A DNA stretch of 64,000 bases from Bdellovibrionales bacterium (GTDB lineage: Bacteria > Bdellovibrionota > Bdellovibrionia > Bdellovibrionales > JAUICD01), in assembly GCA_965197425.1 (NCBI GenBank), contig CBDANC010000015.1:1-64000 (forward strand), written 5' to 3'. The position numbers were made by a program, and so were the translations under genes. The first letter of the stretch is position 1. Every line of letters begins with the position of its first letter. Shown piece by piece: positions 63,443-64,000 of the stretch. The notes below the pieces were generated by a model. That model did not search any database and was not told the DNA's origin. It saw only the letters and a program-made list of their open reading frames with translations.

Positions 63443-63636
63443 TTATTTTTTGCCTCGTTCGGAAGACCTTAGAGTAACAGGATCGGCATCGTGTTGCAGA
63501 GCTGGGCAACCACTTGGATAAAAAACCGACTGCAAAGAGGTTCATCCAATTGGAAAATATAAAGGTTTATCCCGTAAGCCAATTGAACTAAAGAGAACAA
63601 GTCCACTTGTTTTTATCCTCGTTCGGAAGACCTTAG
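63443..63636 (-). repeat. Locus C of the dispersed repeat family: one 164-bp unit between 20-bp direct repeats
   Basis: CCTCGTTCGGAAGACCTTAG at 63453 and 63617; interior aligns with 52078-52199. Confidence 0.92.
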
Positions 63637-64000
63637 GGTTAATTCTATTTTGTTCATAATGCCACGAATATTTTCATTGTGTTTTACTTTTAGTATTTTA
63701 TATTGCTCGCTCTCATATCTGTTAAACCATGTGTTTTGTTTTTTAACCAACTTCATAGTTGATTTGACTATTTCTTCTTCTAATTCTTGTTTACTAAGCG
63801 AGCCTTCAATAAATTTTATGGTTTCTTTATAACCTACACTGTTCATAGGAGACCAGTTTTTTAATCCTTTGTCTAATAAACCCTGCACCTCTTCTATTAG
63901 GCCATTATCTAACATTTGCTTTGTTCGCAAGGTTACATTTTTTTTAATTTCTGATTTATCCATTTCTATTCTTAAAAAAACATATGGATAGGGGAATTGT
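63613..64000 (-). CDS. miaA: tRNA dimethylallyltransferase, 3' part (runs off the window)
   Basis: MLDNGLIEEV, SVGYKE and TMKLVKKQNTWF motifs. Confidence 0.88.
   Translation of the reverse strand, partial: QFPYPYVFLRIEMDKSEIKKNVTLRTKQMLDNGLIEEVQGLLDKGLKNWSPMNSVGYKETIKFIEGSLSKQELEEEIVKSTMKLVKKQNTWFNRYESEQYKILKVKHNENIRGIMNKIELTLRSSERG

Overview
The window joins two unrelated pieces of DNA. Bases 1 to ~2915 are GC-rich and carry a gyrA with two single-base frameshifts. At ~2920 the composition switches abruptly to AT-rich, in the middle of a TPR gene, which most likely marks an assembly or read chimera. The remaining ~61 kb looks like the core chromosome of an AT-rich Bdellovibrionota-like bacterium (inferred from gene content). 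It holds an Agl-Glt gliding cluster, a eukaryote/Bacteroidota-type class Ia RNR, a Bd0055/HBb-type bacterial histone, and housekeeping operons (rho-rpmE-prfA-prmC-murA, gatCAB, ligA, mla-prfB-lol-bamA-skp-fabZ, ileS-lspA-lgt-lgt, engB-pyrG, aceE, miaA-yicC-gmk-rpoZ-rel). An orphan DNA methyltransferase is also present. The main unexplained structure is a dispersed, modular 95-164 bp repeat family at three loci, plus a possible fourth relic. Its units share a conserved core and a stem with compensatory changes around a variable interior. They always sit in the same orientation at the 3' end of the upstream gene, and in two cases supply that gene's stop codon. No rRNA, tRNA, cas gene or transposase was recognised.
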